Source: an uncultured Acidobacteriota bacterium (GTDB lineage: Bacteria; Acidobacteriota; Vicinamibacteria; Vicinamibacterales; SCN-69-37). From it: a DNA stretch of 64,000 nucleotides. Location: NCBI GenBank assembly GCA_963730095.1, contig CAVSQJ010000002.1, forward strand, positions 1,923,779 to 1,987,778, read 5' to 3'. The notes below the pieces were generated by a model. That model was not told where the DNA came from. It saw only the letters and a program-made list of their open reading frames with translations, and ran no database searches. Position 1 is the first letter of the stretch. Every line of letters starts with the position of its first letter. Both the position numbers and the translations under genes were made by a program. Shown here in pieces: positions 1 through 9,303 of the stretch.

Positions 1-35
1 AGTCGCGGATTCGCGGGCGACGCGGGTAAGCACGC

Positions 36-680
36 GTGCCGGTTCGGTTGTTGATGCTCGGGCCCCCTGGCGCGGGCAAGGGGACGCAGGCAGAGCGGTT
101 CGCCCGCGAGCGCCGCATCCCGCGCATCTCGACGGGAGACATCCTGCGGGATGCCGTGCAGGCGGGCTCGCCCCTCGGACGCGCCGCGAAAGCGGTGATG
201 GACGCGGGCCGTCTCGTCGGCGACGACGTGATGATTGGCGTCATCCGGGAGCGGCTGTCGCGCCCGGACGTCGCGCCGGGGTTCGTGCTCGACGGGTTTC
301 CGCGGACGGTCGCGCAGGCGGTCGCCCTCGACGGGCTGGTCGATCACCAGGCGCCGCTCGTCATCGTCGACGTCGAGGTGCCCGAGGAGCGGCTGGTCGA
401 GCGGTTGAGTGGCCGGCGGATCTGCAGCGCGTGCGGGTGGCTGGCCGCTCCGGCGGCGAACGAGTGCGCACGCTGCGGCGGGGCGCTGATTCAGCGGCCC
501 GACGATCGGCCCGACGTCGTGCGCGAGCGCCTGCGCGTGTTCATGCGCGACACGCAGCCGCTCGTCGAGTACTATCGCCGGTTTTCGACCTTCCGGTCGG
601 TCGACGGCGACCAGGGGGAATCGGCTGTGGCGGCCGACATCGCAGCGGCCGTCGCATCCGTGTTGGGAGGCACGTCATGA
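36..680 (+). CDS. adk: adenylate kinase
   Basis: 214-aa ORF with GTG start. P-loop GPPGAGKGTQ and a zinc-type LID (CSACG...CARCG). Its stop overlaps the map start (ATGA). Canonical position ahead of map-infA. Confidence 0.95.
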   Translation: MPVRLLMLGPPGAGKGTQAERFARERRIPRISTGDILRDAVQAGSPLGRAAKAVMDAGRLVGDDVMIGVIRERLSRPDVAPGFVLDGFPRTVAQAVALDGLVDHQAPLVIVDVEVPEERLVERLSGRRICSACGWLAAPAANECARCGGALIQRPDDRPDVVRERLRVFMRDTQPLVEYYRRFSTFRSVDGDQGESAVAADIAAAVASVLGGTS

Positions 681-1469
681 TCGTCTGCCGGTCGGCGGCG
701 GAGATCGAACGGATGCGCCTGGCGAACCAGTTCGTCGCCGGCGTGCTCTCGCAGCTCGAAGCTGCGGTGGCGCCAGGGGTGACGACGGCGGATCTGGATC
801 GGCTGGCGGAGCGAATCGTGCGGGACGGCGGCGCCGAGCCGGCGTTCAAGGGCTACCGCGGCTACCCGGCGACGCTCTGCGCGTCGGTGAACGAGCAGGT
901 GGTGCACGGGATTCCGTCCTCGTCGCGCGTGCTGAAGTCGGGCGACATCGTGTCACTCGACATCGGCGTGAAGCTCGAGGGGTTCTACGGCGACTCGGCC
1001 GTGACCGTGGCGGTCGGCGAGGTGCCGGACGCGACGCACCAGTTGCTGCGCGTGACGAATGAAGCGCTCGAGCGCGGCATTCGCGCAGGTGCAGGTCGGC
1101 GGGCGGCTGTCGGACATCGGCCATGCGATTCAAGGCTGGGTCGAGTCGCACGGGTTTTCGGTGGTGCGCGAGTTCGTCGGGCACGGCATCGGCGAGCGGC
1201 TGCACGAGGAGCCGCAGATTCCGAACTACGGATCGCCGGGCCGCGGGCCGAAGCTGGCGGAAGGCATGGTGCTCGCGATCGAGCCGATGGTCGCGATGGG
1301 TCAGCCCGAGACGCGGGTGCTGGCCGACGGGTGGACGGCGGTGACGCGAGACGGCAGTCTCGCGGCGCACTTCGAGCACACGGTCGCGGTGACCGCGCGC
1401 GGGCCGCTCGTGCTCACCGCGCGCCAGAGCGCGCCGTCGGAAGAGACTCCCGGAGTCTTTTCCAGATGA
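677..1469 (+). CDS. map: type I methionine aminopeptidase (frame broken by one surplus nt at ~1082 in this assembly)
   Basis: The protein is split over two frames. 677-1081 reads [14 protein letters not shown]...[10 protein letters not shown]; 1083-1469 reads [17 protein letters not shown]...FVGHGIG...EPM...HFEHTV. Joined, they give a full-length MetAP. ATGA overlaps with both adk and infA. Confidence 0.9.
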
Positions 1470-1500
1470 GCGACGACGAAAAGACTCCCGGAGTCTTTTC
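1444..1500. repeat. 19-nt perfect direct repeat (x2), each copy palindromic, straddling map stop / infA start
   Basis: AGACTCCCGGAGTCTTTTC occurs at 1444-1462 and 1482-1500. Each copy contains the palindrome AGACTCC-C-GGAGTCT. The copies encode TPGVFS in the C-terminus of map and the N-terminus of infA. Confidence 0.9.
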
Positions 1501-1690
1501 GGCGGGGACGGTGCGGGAGGTGCTGCCGCGGGCGCTCTACCGGGTGCGGATGGACTCGGGGCACGACGTGACGGCGCACGCGCCCGGCGGAGTCGGACGG
1601 AACTTCGTGCGGCTGGTCGTGGGCGATCGCGTGAGAATCGAGCTCGCAGGGCGGGACGTCACGCGAGGGCGGATTGTGAAGAAGTTGTAG
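1466..1690 (+). CDS. infA: translation initiation factor IF-1 (divergent)
   Basis: 74-aa S1/OB-type ORF ([15 protein letters not shown]...GDRVRIEL...TRGRIV) in the canonical map-infA-rpmJ slot. ATG 1466 overlaps the map stop. Confidence 0.85.
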   Translation: MSDDEKTPGVFSAGTVREVLPRALYRVRMDSGHDVTAHAPGGVGRNFVRLVVGDRVRIELAGRDVTRGRIVKKL

Positions 1691-1714
1691 TTGAGCAGGC
1701 GCGCAGAAATGAGT

Positions 1715-1751
1715 GGGGTCTGACCCTGGTGGCGTAAGCCGGGTCTGACCC
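1715..1751 (+). repeat. GGGTCTGACCC double-palindrome element, copy 1
   Basis: Sequence GGGGTCTGACCC-TGG-TGGCGTAAGCC-GGGTCTGACCC, 25 nt downstream of the infA stop. Same architecture as the copies at 4615-4653 and 55590-55723 (reverse complement). Confidence 0.85.
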
Positions 1752-1799
1752 TGATCCGGCCGGTTCGAAGCGATCGCCGGACAGAGAGGTAGTACAACG

Positions 1800-1914
1800 A
1801 TGAAAGTCCGGGCGTCGGTGAAGACGAATTTGTGACAAGTGCAAGATCGTGCGCCGGCAGGGCGTCGTGCGCGTGATCTGCCCGAATCAGAAGCACAAGC
1901 AGAGGCAAGGATAG
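1800..1914 (+). CDS. rpmJ: 50S ribosomal protein L36 (frame broken by one surplus nt at ~1828)
   Basis: MKVRASVKT then, in the next frame, [27 protein letters not shown]. In-frame TGA at 1833-1835. The span is 115 nt, i.e. 38 codons plus 1 nt. RBS-like AGAGAGG upstream. Confidence 0.85.
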
Positions 1915-1916
1915 CC

Positions 1917-2294
1917 ATGGCACGCATTGCAGGTGTCGATCTGCCGCGCACGAAGCGCGTCGAGATCGGACTGACCTACATCTACGGCATCGGCCGGAAG
2001 CGGTCGAACGACATTCTCGGCAACGCCGGCGTCAATCCGGACATCCGCGTCAAGGATCTGTCCGAAGAGGACGTTCGGAAGATCAGCCGCGTCATCGAGG
2101 AGCAGGGCCGCGTCGAGGGCGACCTGCGCAAGGAGATCTCGATGAACATCAAGCGGCTCGTCGAGATCGGCAGCTACCGCGGGTCGCGGCATCGCCGCAA
2201 TCTGCCGGTGCGCGGCCAGCGGACGCGAACCAACTCGCGCACCCGGAAGGGCCCGCGCAAGGGCACGATTGCCAAGAAGAAGGTGGAAGTCTAA
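1917..2294 (+). CDS. rpsM: 30S ribosomal protein S13
   Basis: Protein reads [26 protein letters not shown]...[17 protein letters not shown] at 1917 lies inside the listed ORF 1839-2294. Confidence 0.95.
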   Translation: MARIAGVDLPRTKRVEIGLTYIYGIGRKRSNDILGNAGVNPDIRVKDLSEEDVRKISRVIEEQGRVEGDLRKEISMNIKRLVEIGSYRGSRHRRNLPVRGQRTRTNSRTRKGPRKGTIAKKKVEV

Positions 2295-2749
2295 TGGCGA
2301 AGGAAAAACCGCAGGCGGATGCCGCGGCCGTTCCGGGTGCTGAGCCCGGCAAGGCGTCGACAAAGAAGAAGAAGACGTTCAAGAAGCGCGGCGAGAAGCG
2401 CGTCGTCCATCACGGCTTCGCGCACATCCACGCGTCGTTCAACAACACGACCGTGACGATCACCGACACGGACGGCAACGTCATCGCGTGGTCGAGCGCC
2501 GGCGGCATCGGCTTCAAGGGATCGCGCAAGGGCACGCCGTTCGCGGCGACCCAGGCCGCGATGGCCGCGGGCAATGCCGCGAAGACGTACGGCCTGCGAT
2601 CCGTCGAAGTGCGGGTGAAGGGACCAGGCGCGGGCCGTGAGTCGGCGATTCGCGCGCTCCAGACGGTCGGCATCGACGTGAAGTCGATTCGCGACATCAC
2701 GCCGATTCCGCACAATGGGTGTCGGCCACCAAAGAGACGTCGGGTCTAG
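2294..2749 (+). CDS. rpsK: 30S ribosomal protein S11
   Basis: 151-aa ORF with ...[18 protein letters not shown]...[13 protein letters not shown]...[20 protein letters not shown] overlap with rpsM. Confidence 0.95.
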   Translation: MAKEKPQADAAAVPGAEPGKASTKKKKTFKKRGEKRVVHHGFAHIHASFNNTTVTITDTDGNVIAWSSAGGIGFKGSRKGTPFAATQAAMAAGNAAKTYGLRSVEVRVKGPGAGRESAIRALQTVGIDVKSIRDITPIPHNGCRPPKRRRV

Positions 2750-2760
2750 AGGGATCCAGT

Positions 2761-2849
2761 GTGAAGTTCGAAGTATGAAGTTCGAAGTCGCGGAGTGCCA
2801 CGCGGGCAATCTGAACTTCAAATTTCGAACTTCTAACTTCGAACTTAAC
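2761..2849. repeat. heptamer tandem-repeat hairpin (GAAGTYN arm / complementary AACTTC arm)
   Basis: Left arm 2761-2790 reads GAAGTTC GAAGTAT GAAGTTC GAAGTCG. Right arm 2811-2849 reads TCGAACT TCTAACT TCGAACT. Fills the rpsK-rpsD spacer and is lower in GC than its surroundings. Confidence 0.85.
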
Positions 2850-2867
2850 GAGCGATAGAGGTAACGA

Positions 2868-3498
2868 ATGGCAAGGTATATCGGACCGGTGTGCCGGCTC
2901 TGCCGGCGCGAGGGCATGAAGCTCTTCCTCAAGGGCGAGCGGTGCTACACGGACAAGTGCGCGATTGAGAAGCGCAACGTGCCGCCCGGCCAGCACGGCC
3001 GCGCGCGCAAGGCGAAGATGGTCGGCTACGGCGTGCAGCTGCGCGAGAAGCAGAAGGTCAAGCGCACCTACGGCGTCCTCGAGAACCAGTTCCGCCGCTA
3101 CTTCGAGGCGGCCGATCGGACCAAGGGCATCACGGGCGAGCTGCTGCTGCAGATGCTCGAGCGCCGGCTGGACAACGTGGTCTACCGGCTCGGGTTCGCG
3201 ACGTCGCGGCCGCAGGCGCGGCAGCTCGTGCGCCACGGGCACTTCACGGTCAACGGCAGGAAGGTCGACATCCCGTCCTACTCGGTGCGGCATGGGCGAC
3301 GTCGTCGCCGTGCGCGCGTCGAGCGGGGAGAACCCGACGATCCAGCACGCGACCGAAGAGGTGAAGGGCCGCGGCGTCCCCGAGTGGCTCTCGCTCGAGC
3401 CGGCCGGGCTCTCGGGCCGCGTCGCGGCGCTCCCGACGCGCGAGCAGATCAATCTGCCCGTGCAGGAACAGCTCATTGTGGAGTTGTATTCCAAGTAG
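2868..3498 (+). CDS. rpsD: 30S ribosomal protein S4 (frame broken by one surplus nt at ~3291-3296)
   Basis: N-terminal part is in ORF 2868-3593 ([26 protein letters not shown]...IPSYSVR). C-terminal part is in ORF 2965-3498 ([10 protein letters not shown]...[11 protein letters not shown]). The span is 631 nt, i.e. 210 codons plus 1 nt. Confidence 0.9.
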
Positions 3499-3520
3499 AA
3501 ACTTCTAACTTTTCTTCTCC
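3499..3520. repeat. single-arm AACTTC-type short repeat
   Basis: AAACTTCTAACTTTTCTTCTCC lies directly after the rpsD stop. Same unit family as 2811-2849 and 54171-54210. Confidence 0.6.
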
Positions 3521-3592
3521 GTCGTCGGCCCGCAGCCCTCAGACCTGCGGCGGGAGGCCGGCGACGTATTCAGCAGGTCTGATCTCGCTGTA

Positions 3593-3612
3593 GCTCGCGC
3601 GAAAGCGCGAGC
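3593..3612 (+). other. perfect 8-bp GNRA-capped hairpin in the rpoA 5' leader
   Basis: GCTCGCGC-GAAA-GCGCGAGC, 30 nt upstream of the rpoA ATG. Function unknown. Confidence 0.35.
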
Positions 3613-3642
3613 GAAGGCGGATGAATCGAAAGGACGTTCGCG

Positions 3643-4614
<972 letters not shown>

Positions 4615-4623
<9 letters not shown>

Positions 4624-4653
4624 CCCCGCCTGGCGTCAGCCGGGTCTGACCCC
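4615..4653 (+). repeat. GGGTCTGACCC double-palindrome element, copy 2
   Basis: Sequence GGGGTCTGACCCC-GCC-TGGCGTCAGCC-GGGTCTGACCCC. The rpoA stop codon (4621-4623) is the TGA inside the first palindrome. Confidence 0.85.
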
Positions 4654-4666
4654 TTAGAGGATCCAT

Positions 4667-5248
4667 ATGCGTCACAGAGTTGCGTATCGAAAGCTCGGCC
4701 GGGTGACGGAGCATCGCATCGCGATGCTCCGCAACCAGGCGTCCGCGCTGCTGCAGTACGAGCGGATTGAGACGACGGTGCCGCGCGCCAAGGAGCTGCG
4801 GCCGTTCGTCGAGCGGATCATCACGATTGCCAAGCGGAGCCTGAACGCGCCGGAAGGCAGCACGCACGGCGTGAACGCGCGCCGCATGGTCGCACGGGAC
4901 ATCGCGGACCGCGAGGTCGTCCAGAAGCTGTTCGATACGATCGCGCCGCGGTACGTCGAGCGGCCGGGCGGCTACACGCGCATCCTGCGCCTCGGCATCC
5001 GCCGCGGCGACAACGCGGACGTCGCGCAGATCGAGCTGCTCGGCAGCGAATACGATCCGAACGCCGCGACGGCCGAGAAAGCCGGCGAGGCCTCGCCCGA
5101 CAAGCCCAAGAAGAAGACGATGGGCGAGCGGCTGCGCGGCGCGCTGGGCCGCGGCAAGAAAGACGAAGCGGGAGGCGGCAGGGTCGAGAAGAAGGCCAAG
5201 GGCGCGCCGAAGAAGAGCACCGCTCCGCGCAAAGCGGGCGGCAGCTAG
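4667..5248 (+). CDS. rplQ: 50S ribosomal protein L17 (with Lys/Ala/Gly-rich C-terminal extension)
   Basis: 193-aa ORF reading [37 protein letters not shown]...[10 protein letters not shown]. The last ~70 aa are low-complexity and basic. Confidence 0.95.
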   Translation: MRHRVAYRKLGRVTEHRIAMLRNQASALLQYERIETTVPRAKELRPFVERIITIAKRSLNAPEGSTHGVNARRMVARDIADREVVQKLFDTIAPRYVERPGGYTRILRLGIRRGDNADVAQIELLGSEYDPNAATAEKAGEASPDKPKKKTMGERLRGALGRGKKDEAGGGRVEKKAKGAPKKSTAPRKAGGS

Positions 5249-5250
5249 CC

Positions 5251-5287
5251 AAAGTTAGAAGTTCGAAGCCAGAAGTTAGAAGTCAGC
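5251..5287. repeat. single-arm GAAGTYN heptamer array
   Basis: AAAGTTA GAAGTTC GAAGCCA GAAGTTA GAAGTCA lies directly after the rplQ stop. No complementary arm is nearby. Confidence 0.8.
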
Positions 5288-5301
5288 ACCGACTCACACA
5301 C

Positions 5302-5341
5302 ACCGCGCCGGCGTCCAACGCCGGCGCGGTTCTGTTTTTTT
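5302..5341 (+). terminator. rho-independent terminator of the alpha operon
   Basis: Stem ACCGCGCCGGCG, loop TCCAA, stem CGCCGGCGCGGT, followed by TCTGTTTTTTT. Confidence 0.85.
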
Positions 5342-5443
5342 GTCCAGTCCCCGCCCTGGCATCGGTTGTGCAATCTGCCGCATTGCCGCGCCGGGTTTTA
5401 CCGAAGTCAGGGCTTTTCACACAACTGCCGCGAGGAGGACGCC

Positions 5444-5956
5444 ATGCGTCGATGGCTATGGGTGTGCGTGATCGCGGTGGTGACCGGCTGCGGGGGATCG
5501 TCGAGTCCGTCGAGTCCGACCACGTCCAACGTGAGCGGCACGTGGACGGGAACCGAAACGGTGACGGCGACGACCGGCGGCCCCCAGTGCCTCGCCGAGG
5601 TCCAGCCGATCATCAACGTGCAGGATTCGCTGACGGCCGCCATCGCGGAGAACAGCGGGAATCTCGCGGCGACGATTACGTCGAACCGCACCGGCCAGGT
5701 GTGCACCTACAGCGGCACGGCAGGGGTGAACTCGATGACGTTGACCGGCGGCACGTGCACGCCGAACCTCGTGCAGCTCACGTGCAGCGGCAATGCGCGG
5801 GATATCTATCTCTCGTCGCGGACGTTCACCGGCGCCGTCAACGGATCGACGATCGCCGGGACGACGGTCGAGCAGTGGGACGTGTTCGCACACGGGGACA
5901 AGTCGACCAACCTCGGGGCGATTCGCACGTCCGGCAACTTCACGTTCCAGAAGTAG
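5444..5956 (+). CDS. small secreted lipoprotein, function unknown
   Basis: ATG at 5444 preceded by GAGGAGG. Signal peptide plus lipobox (VIAVVTGC). The mature part is Thr/Gly/Ser-rich and carries several Cys. I recognise no family. Confidence 0.7.
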   Translation: MRRWLWVCVIAVVTGCGGSSSPSSPTTSNVSGTWTGTETVTATTGGPQCLAEVQPIINVQDSLTAAIAENSGNLAATITSNRTGQVCTYSGTAGVNSMTLTGGTCTPNLVQLTCSGNARDIYLSSRTFTGAVNGSTIAGTTVEQWDVFAHGDKSTNLGAIRTSGNFTFQK

Positions 5957-5987
5957 CGGCGGCGGGAGCGGACACGCGGCGGATGCT

Positions 5988-6968
5988 ATGATCCTCCACG
6001 CCGTGTTGACGCTGCCGACGACCAGGGAATTCGAAGAAGCGCGCGCGCGCATGGGGGCGCACGTGTACCACACGCCGCTCGTCACGTCGCGCAAACTGAG
6101 CGAGGCGAGCGGCTTCGACGTCCGCCTCAAGGCCGAGCTCTTCCAGCGGACGGGCTCGTACAAGATCCGCGGGCCGCTCAACAAGTTCACGTTCCTCAGC
6201 GCCGACGAGAAGCGCCGCGGCGTGATTTGCTCGTCGGCAGGCAATCACGCGCAGGGCGTCGCGCTCGCCGCGAAGATCCACGGCATCCACGCCGTCGTCT
6301 GCATGGCCGCGAACGCGACCCCATCGAAGATCGAAGCGACCAGGGCGTACGGCGCCGAGGTCGTGCTCCACGGATCGATCTGGGACGAGGCGAACGACCG
6401 CGCGAAACAGCTGGTCGCCGAGCGGGGCTACACCTACATCCATCCGTTCGACGACGAGCAGTTGATGATGGGGCAGGGGACCGTCGGGCTCGAGCTCGTC
6501 CGCGACTGGCCAGGCGTCGACGTCATCGTCGTCCCGATCGGCGGCGGCGGACTGATCTCCGGCGTCTCGATGGCGGCCAAGAGTATCAACCCGAAGATCA
6601 AGATCGTCGGCGTCGAGTCGTCTGGCGCGCCAGGGATGAAGCGCAGCGTCGAGGCGGGGCACCTCGTGACGCTCGATCGCGTCGATTGCATCATCGACGG
6701 CCTGCGCGTGAAGCGCGTCGGCGAGAAGACGCTCGAGGTCGTGCGAAAGTACGTCGACGAGGTCGTCACGCTTCCCGACGATCAGATCTTCGACGCCGTC
6801 GTCTGGACGATGCACCACGCGAAGCTGGTGCCGGAGGGCGCGGCGGCGGCGCCGGTCGCGGCGCTGCTGCACGGCCTCGTCAAGGCGCCCGCCGGATCGA
6901 AGGTCGTCGCGGTGCTCAGCGGCGGCAACGTCAATCTCGATCAGCTCAAGGGCCTGAAGTGGAACTGA
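5988..6968 (+). CDS. PLP-dependent threonine/serine dehydratase family protein
   Basis: 326 aa. PLP-lysine motif GSYKIRG, plus SSAGNHAQGVA and a glycine loop VPIGGGGLISG. No C-terminal ACT/regulatory domain. Confidence 0.85.
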   Translation: MILHAVLTLPTTREFEEARARMGAHVYHTPLVTSRKLSEASGFDVRLKAELFQRTGSYKIRGPLNKFTFLSADEKRRGVICSSAGNHAQGVALAAKIHGIHAVVCMAANATPSKIEATRAYGAEVVLHGSIWDEANDRAKQLVAERGYTYIHPFDDEQLMMGQGTVGLELVRDWPGVDVIVVPIGGGGLISGVSMAAKSINPKIKIVGVESSGAPGMKRSVEAGHLVTLDRVDCIIDGLRVKRVGEKTLEVVRKYVDEVVTLPDDQIFDAVVWTMHHAKLVPEGAAAAPVAALLHGLVKAPAGSKVVAVLSGGNVNLDQLKGLKWN

Positions 6969-7023
6969 CCGCCACCGCCGAGAGCGTGCGCGCGGCGGCC
7001 GGCGTGCGGTACGCTGTCGGCGC

Positions 7024-7938
7024 GTGGGATCCGGCGACCCTGACGGCTGGCTGAGCACGCTCGCGCGCCTGTTGCGAGCCGCGCCGCTTCCCGTACCGGC
7101 GCGCGCGCGGATCTGGCGCGCCCTCACTCGCGGCCGCGCCGGCACGCCATACATCTATCCGACGACATGGCGCCATGTCGCCGGCGTCCACGGCGGCGTC
7201 TGCGGCGTGTCGGACTACACGCTGTTCACTGACCTCGCGACGTACGAAGCTGAGTCCGTGCGGGCGATCGAAGAGGTCCTCGGCGACCGTCGCCGGCCGG
7301 TGGTCATCGACGTCGGCGCGCACAGCGGGGCGTGGGTGTTCATCGTCAAGGCGATGCACCCGGACGCGACGGTGCACGCGTTCGAGCCGTTTCCGGCGCT
7401 CGCGGCGTTCATCACTCTGCTGGCCGGGCGCAATGGCTGGACCGACGTCCACGTCGAGCAGGCGATCGTTGGCGCGGCCAGTGGCGAGGGCGAGTTGCAC
7501 TTCGCGCCCGGCGCGACCGACTGCGCGTCGACCGTCGCGGATTTTCAGTCCGGCTTCAGTCAGGCGCTGCGCGTGCCGCGCGTGACCCTCGACGAGTACG
7601 TCGACGCGCACCGTCTCGAGCCGATCGCGCTCATCAAGATCGATGTCGAAGGCGGCGAACTGGAGGTCCTCCAGGGTGCGCACCGGACGCTCGAGCGCCT
7701 GCGCCCGCCGCTGCTGATGGAAGTGCTGTTCACGACCAATCCGGCGCACGCGCGCCGGCAGCAGGAGGCCGTCGCGCTCCTGCAGCAGTTCGGCTACGCC
7801 TTCTTCCACATTCAGGTCGACGGCCGCCTGGTGCGGCAGGAGGTCGTCCGGCCGGATCCGGCCTACAAGGCGCTCAACTACCTGGTCACCGCCCCGGCTG
7901 CGATCTTGTCGGACAGCAGCCCGACGCTCACCGCATAG
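7024..7938 (+). CDS. FkbM-family SAM-dependent methyltransferase
   Basis: Contains VVIDVGAHSGAWV...AFEP... and IALIKIDVEGGELEVLQGA. The start is uncertain; an alternative GTG lies at 7207. Confidence 0.75.
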   Translation: MGSGDPDGWLSTLARLLRAAPLPVPARARIWRALTRGRAGTPYIYPTTWRHVAGVHGGVCGVSDYTLFTDLATYEAESVRAIEEVLGDRRRPVVIDVGAHSGAWVFIVKAMHPDATVHAFEPFPALAAFITLLAGRNGWTDVHVEQAIVGAASGEGELHFAPGATDCASTVADFQSGFSQALRVPRVTLDEYVDAHRLEPIALIKIDVEGGELEVLQGAHRTLERLRPPLLMEVLFTTNPAHARRQQEAVALLQQFGYAFFHIQVDGRLVRQEVVRPDPAYKALNYLVTAPAAILSDSSPTLTA

Positions 7939-8991
7939 GCGTTCGAGCAGTTGTAGTCGAGGATCGCCTGGTAGTTCTGATAGACGAGGAAATTTCGGTT
8001 CTGACCGCGCACGAGCGAGGCCGGCATCGTCGCCGCCGGCAGCTTCGATCCGTCCATCTCGACCACGCCGAGCGTGCGCCATTCCGTGACCGGGCGCGCC
8101 TCGGTCATCTCGCGGCGCGCGCGGCAGCCGCTCGCGCGCATCGGCACGGCCTTCTCGATCTTCGCCATGACGGCCTTCGAGATCTTCACCTCGCGGCCCC
8201 AGCGCGTGCCCTCGGTCCAGCCGGCGGTCTTGAGGTAGTTCGCCATCGAGCCGAGGACGTCGGCGGGCGTGCCCCAGATGTCGATCTTGCCGTCGCCGTC
8301 GAAATCCACCGCGTACTTGAGAAAGCTCGAGGGCATGAACTGCGGCTGGCCAATCGCGCCCGCCCACGAGCCGATGAAATCGGGCGGCTGTACCAGGCCT
8401 TTGTCGAGGATCGCGAGCGCCTGAAAGAGCTCGGCGCGAAACAGCGCGGGCCGGCGCGAGTCGTACGCGAGCGTCGCGAGCGCGGTGACGACGGGCCGGA
8501 CGCCGGTGAACTGGCCGAAGTTCGACTCGAGGCCCCAGATGGCGATCATGATCGGCCCGGGCACGCCGTAGGTCGCCTGCACGCGCTCGACGACGTCGTG
8601 CTGCTCGGTCGCGGCGTCGGCGGCGCGCGCGAGCGTCTTCGGATTGAGCCGCGCCGTGAGGTAGTCGTCGAGGCTCTGCGTCTGCTCGGGCTGCGTGCGG
8701 TCGCGCGCGATGATGACCGGATCGGGCTGCGAGGTTCGCGAAGGCCTGGTCGATCGTCGCCTGGCTGATGCCCTTGGCGAGGGCCTCGGCCCGGACGGCC
8801 GTGAGCCATTCATCGAACGGCACCGCGGGCGTCGGCGTCGGCGTGACGGTCGGCGCAGGCGCGGCGGGTGGCGGTGGAGGTGTCGGTACTGTCGAGACCG
8901 GCGGCGTCTGAACCGGGGGCGGGTCCTGCCGCGCCGCTGGAACGGCCGTCCAGAGGCACGCCAACAGCGTGCCGGTCATGACAAATCGCAT
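7878..8991 (-). CDS. mltB: lytic murein transglycosylase B-like lipoprotein (frame broken by one surplus nt at ~8730)
   Basis: N-terminus (MRFVMTGTLLAC lipobox, Pro-rich linker, ...QATIDQAFANL) lies in the frame of ORF 6946-9030. The rest (PDPVIIARDRTQPE...WGLESNFG...GQPQFMPSSF...DFDGDGKIDIW) lies in ORF 7878-8813. Confidence 0.85.
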
Positions 8992-9061
8992 ACTCGACTC
9001 AATCCTCGGGCGGCCGGTAGGAAACCGCAACTGAATTGTTTATCGGCCGTAGGCCCGTAGG

Positions 9062-9299
9062 CATGAAGGACATGAAGGGAATGAAGGACATGAAGTAAGA
9101 AGTAAGAAGAACCGCCCGTCGATCTGACGGCTGCCGACGGCGGCCCGAGCGCGTGTCACGACGACCAAGAAACCAAGAGCGTTCCGCCTCTCACACGCTC
9201 GTGTTTCTTGCTCGTCGTGACAGGCGCGCCCGGCGAAGCCGGGCAGTCAGATCGACGGGCGGTTCCTTCATGACCTTCATTTCCTTCACGACCTTCATG
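9062..9299. repeat. 238-nt nested inverted-repeat element (CATGAAGGR repeat arms)
   Basis: Outer arms 9062-9127 and 9246-9299 include the exact pair GAACCGCCCGTCGATCTGAC / GTCAGATCGACGGGCGGTTC. Inner arms are ~9153-9181 and 9196-9223. No ORF. Lies between the EF-G stop and the mltB start. Confidence 0.9.
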
Positions 9300-9303
9300 C
9301 CTG

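Noticed and set aside
1-29. Possible 3' end of secY (frame 3: SRIRGRRG*), as expected upstream of adk.
   Set aside because: Only eight codons are visible. The call is plausible from synteny but not supportable from sequence alone.
431-1690. 419-aa ORF spanning adk, map and infA.
   Set aside because: It is a composite. Its first part is an out-of-frame read of adk, its middle is the N-terminal half of map, then frameshifted nonsense, and its end is infA. It is not a single gene.
1753-1780. GGTTCGAAGCG motif resembling a tRNA T-loop, and the general question of tRNA genes in spacers.
   Set aside because: No acceptor, D or anticodon arms can be drawn around it. I found no cloverleaf in any spacer.
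6946-9030. 694-aa minus-strand ORF overlapping the dehydratase 3' end, the FkbM gene and mltB.
   Set aside because: Only its extreme N-terminal part (about 8730-8991) is real and forms the mltB N-terminus. The rest is antisense or out-of-frame low-complexity sequence.
9062-9299. Possibility that the nested inverted repeat encodes a small RNA gene of a known class (tmRNA, 6S, RNase P, SRP).
   Set aside because: None of the conserved cores of those RNAs is visible. The structure is a simple long hairpin.
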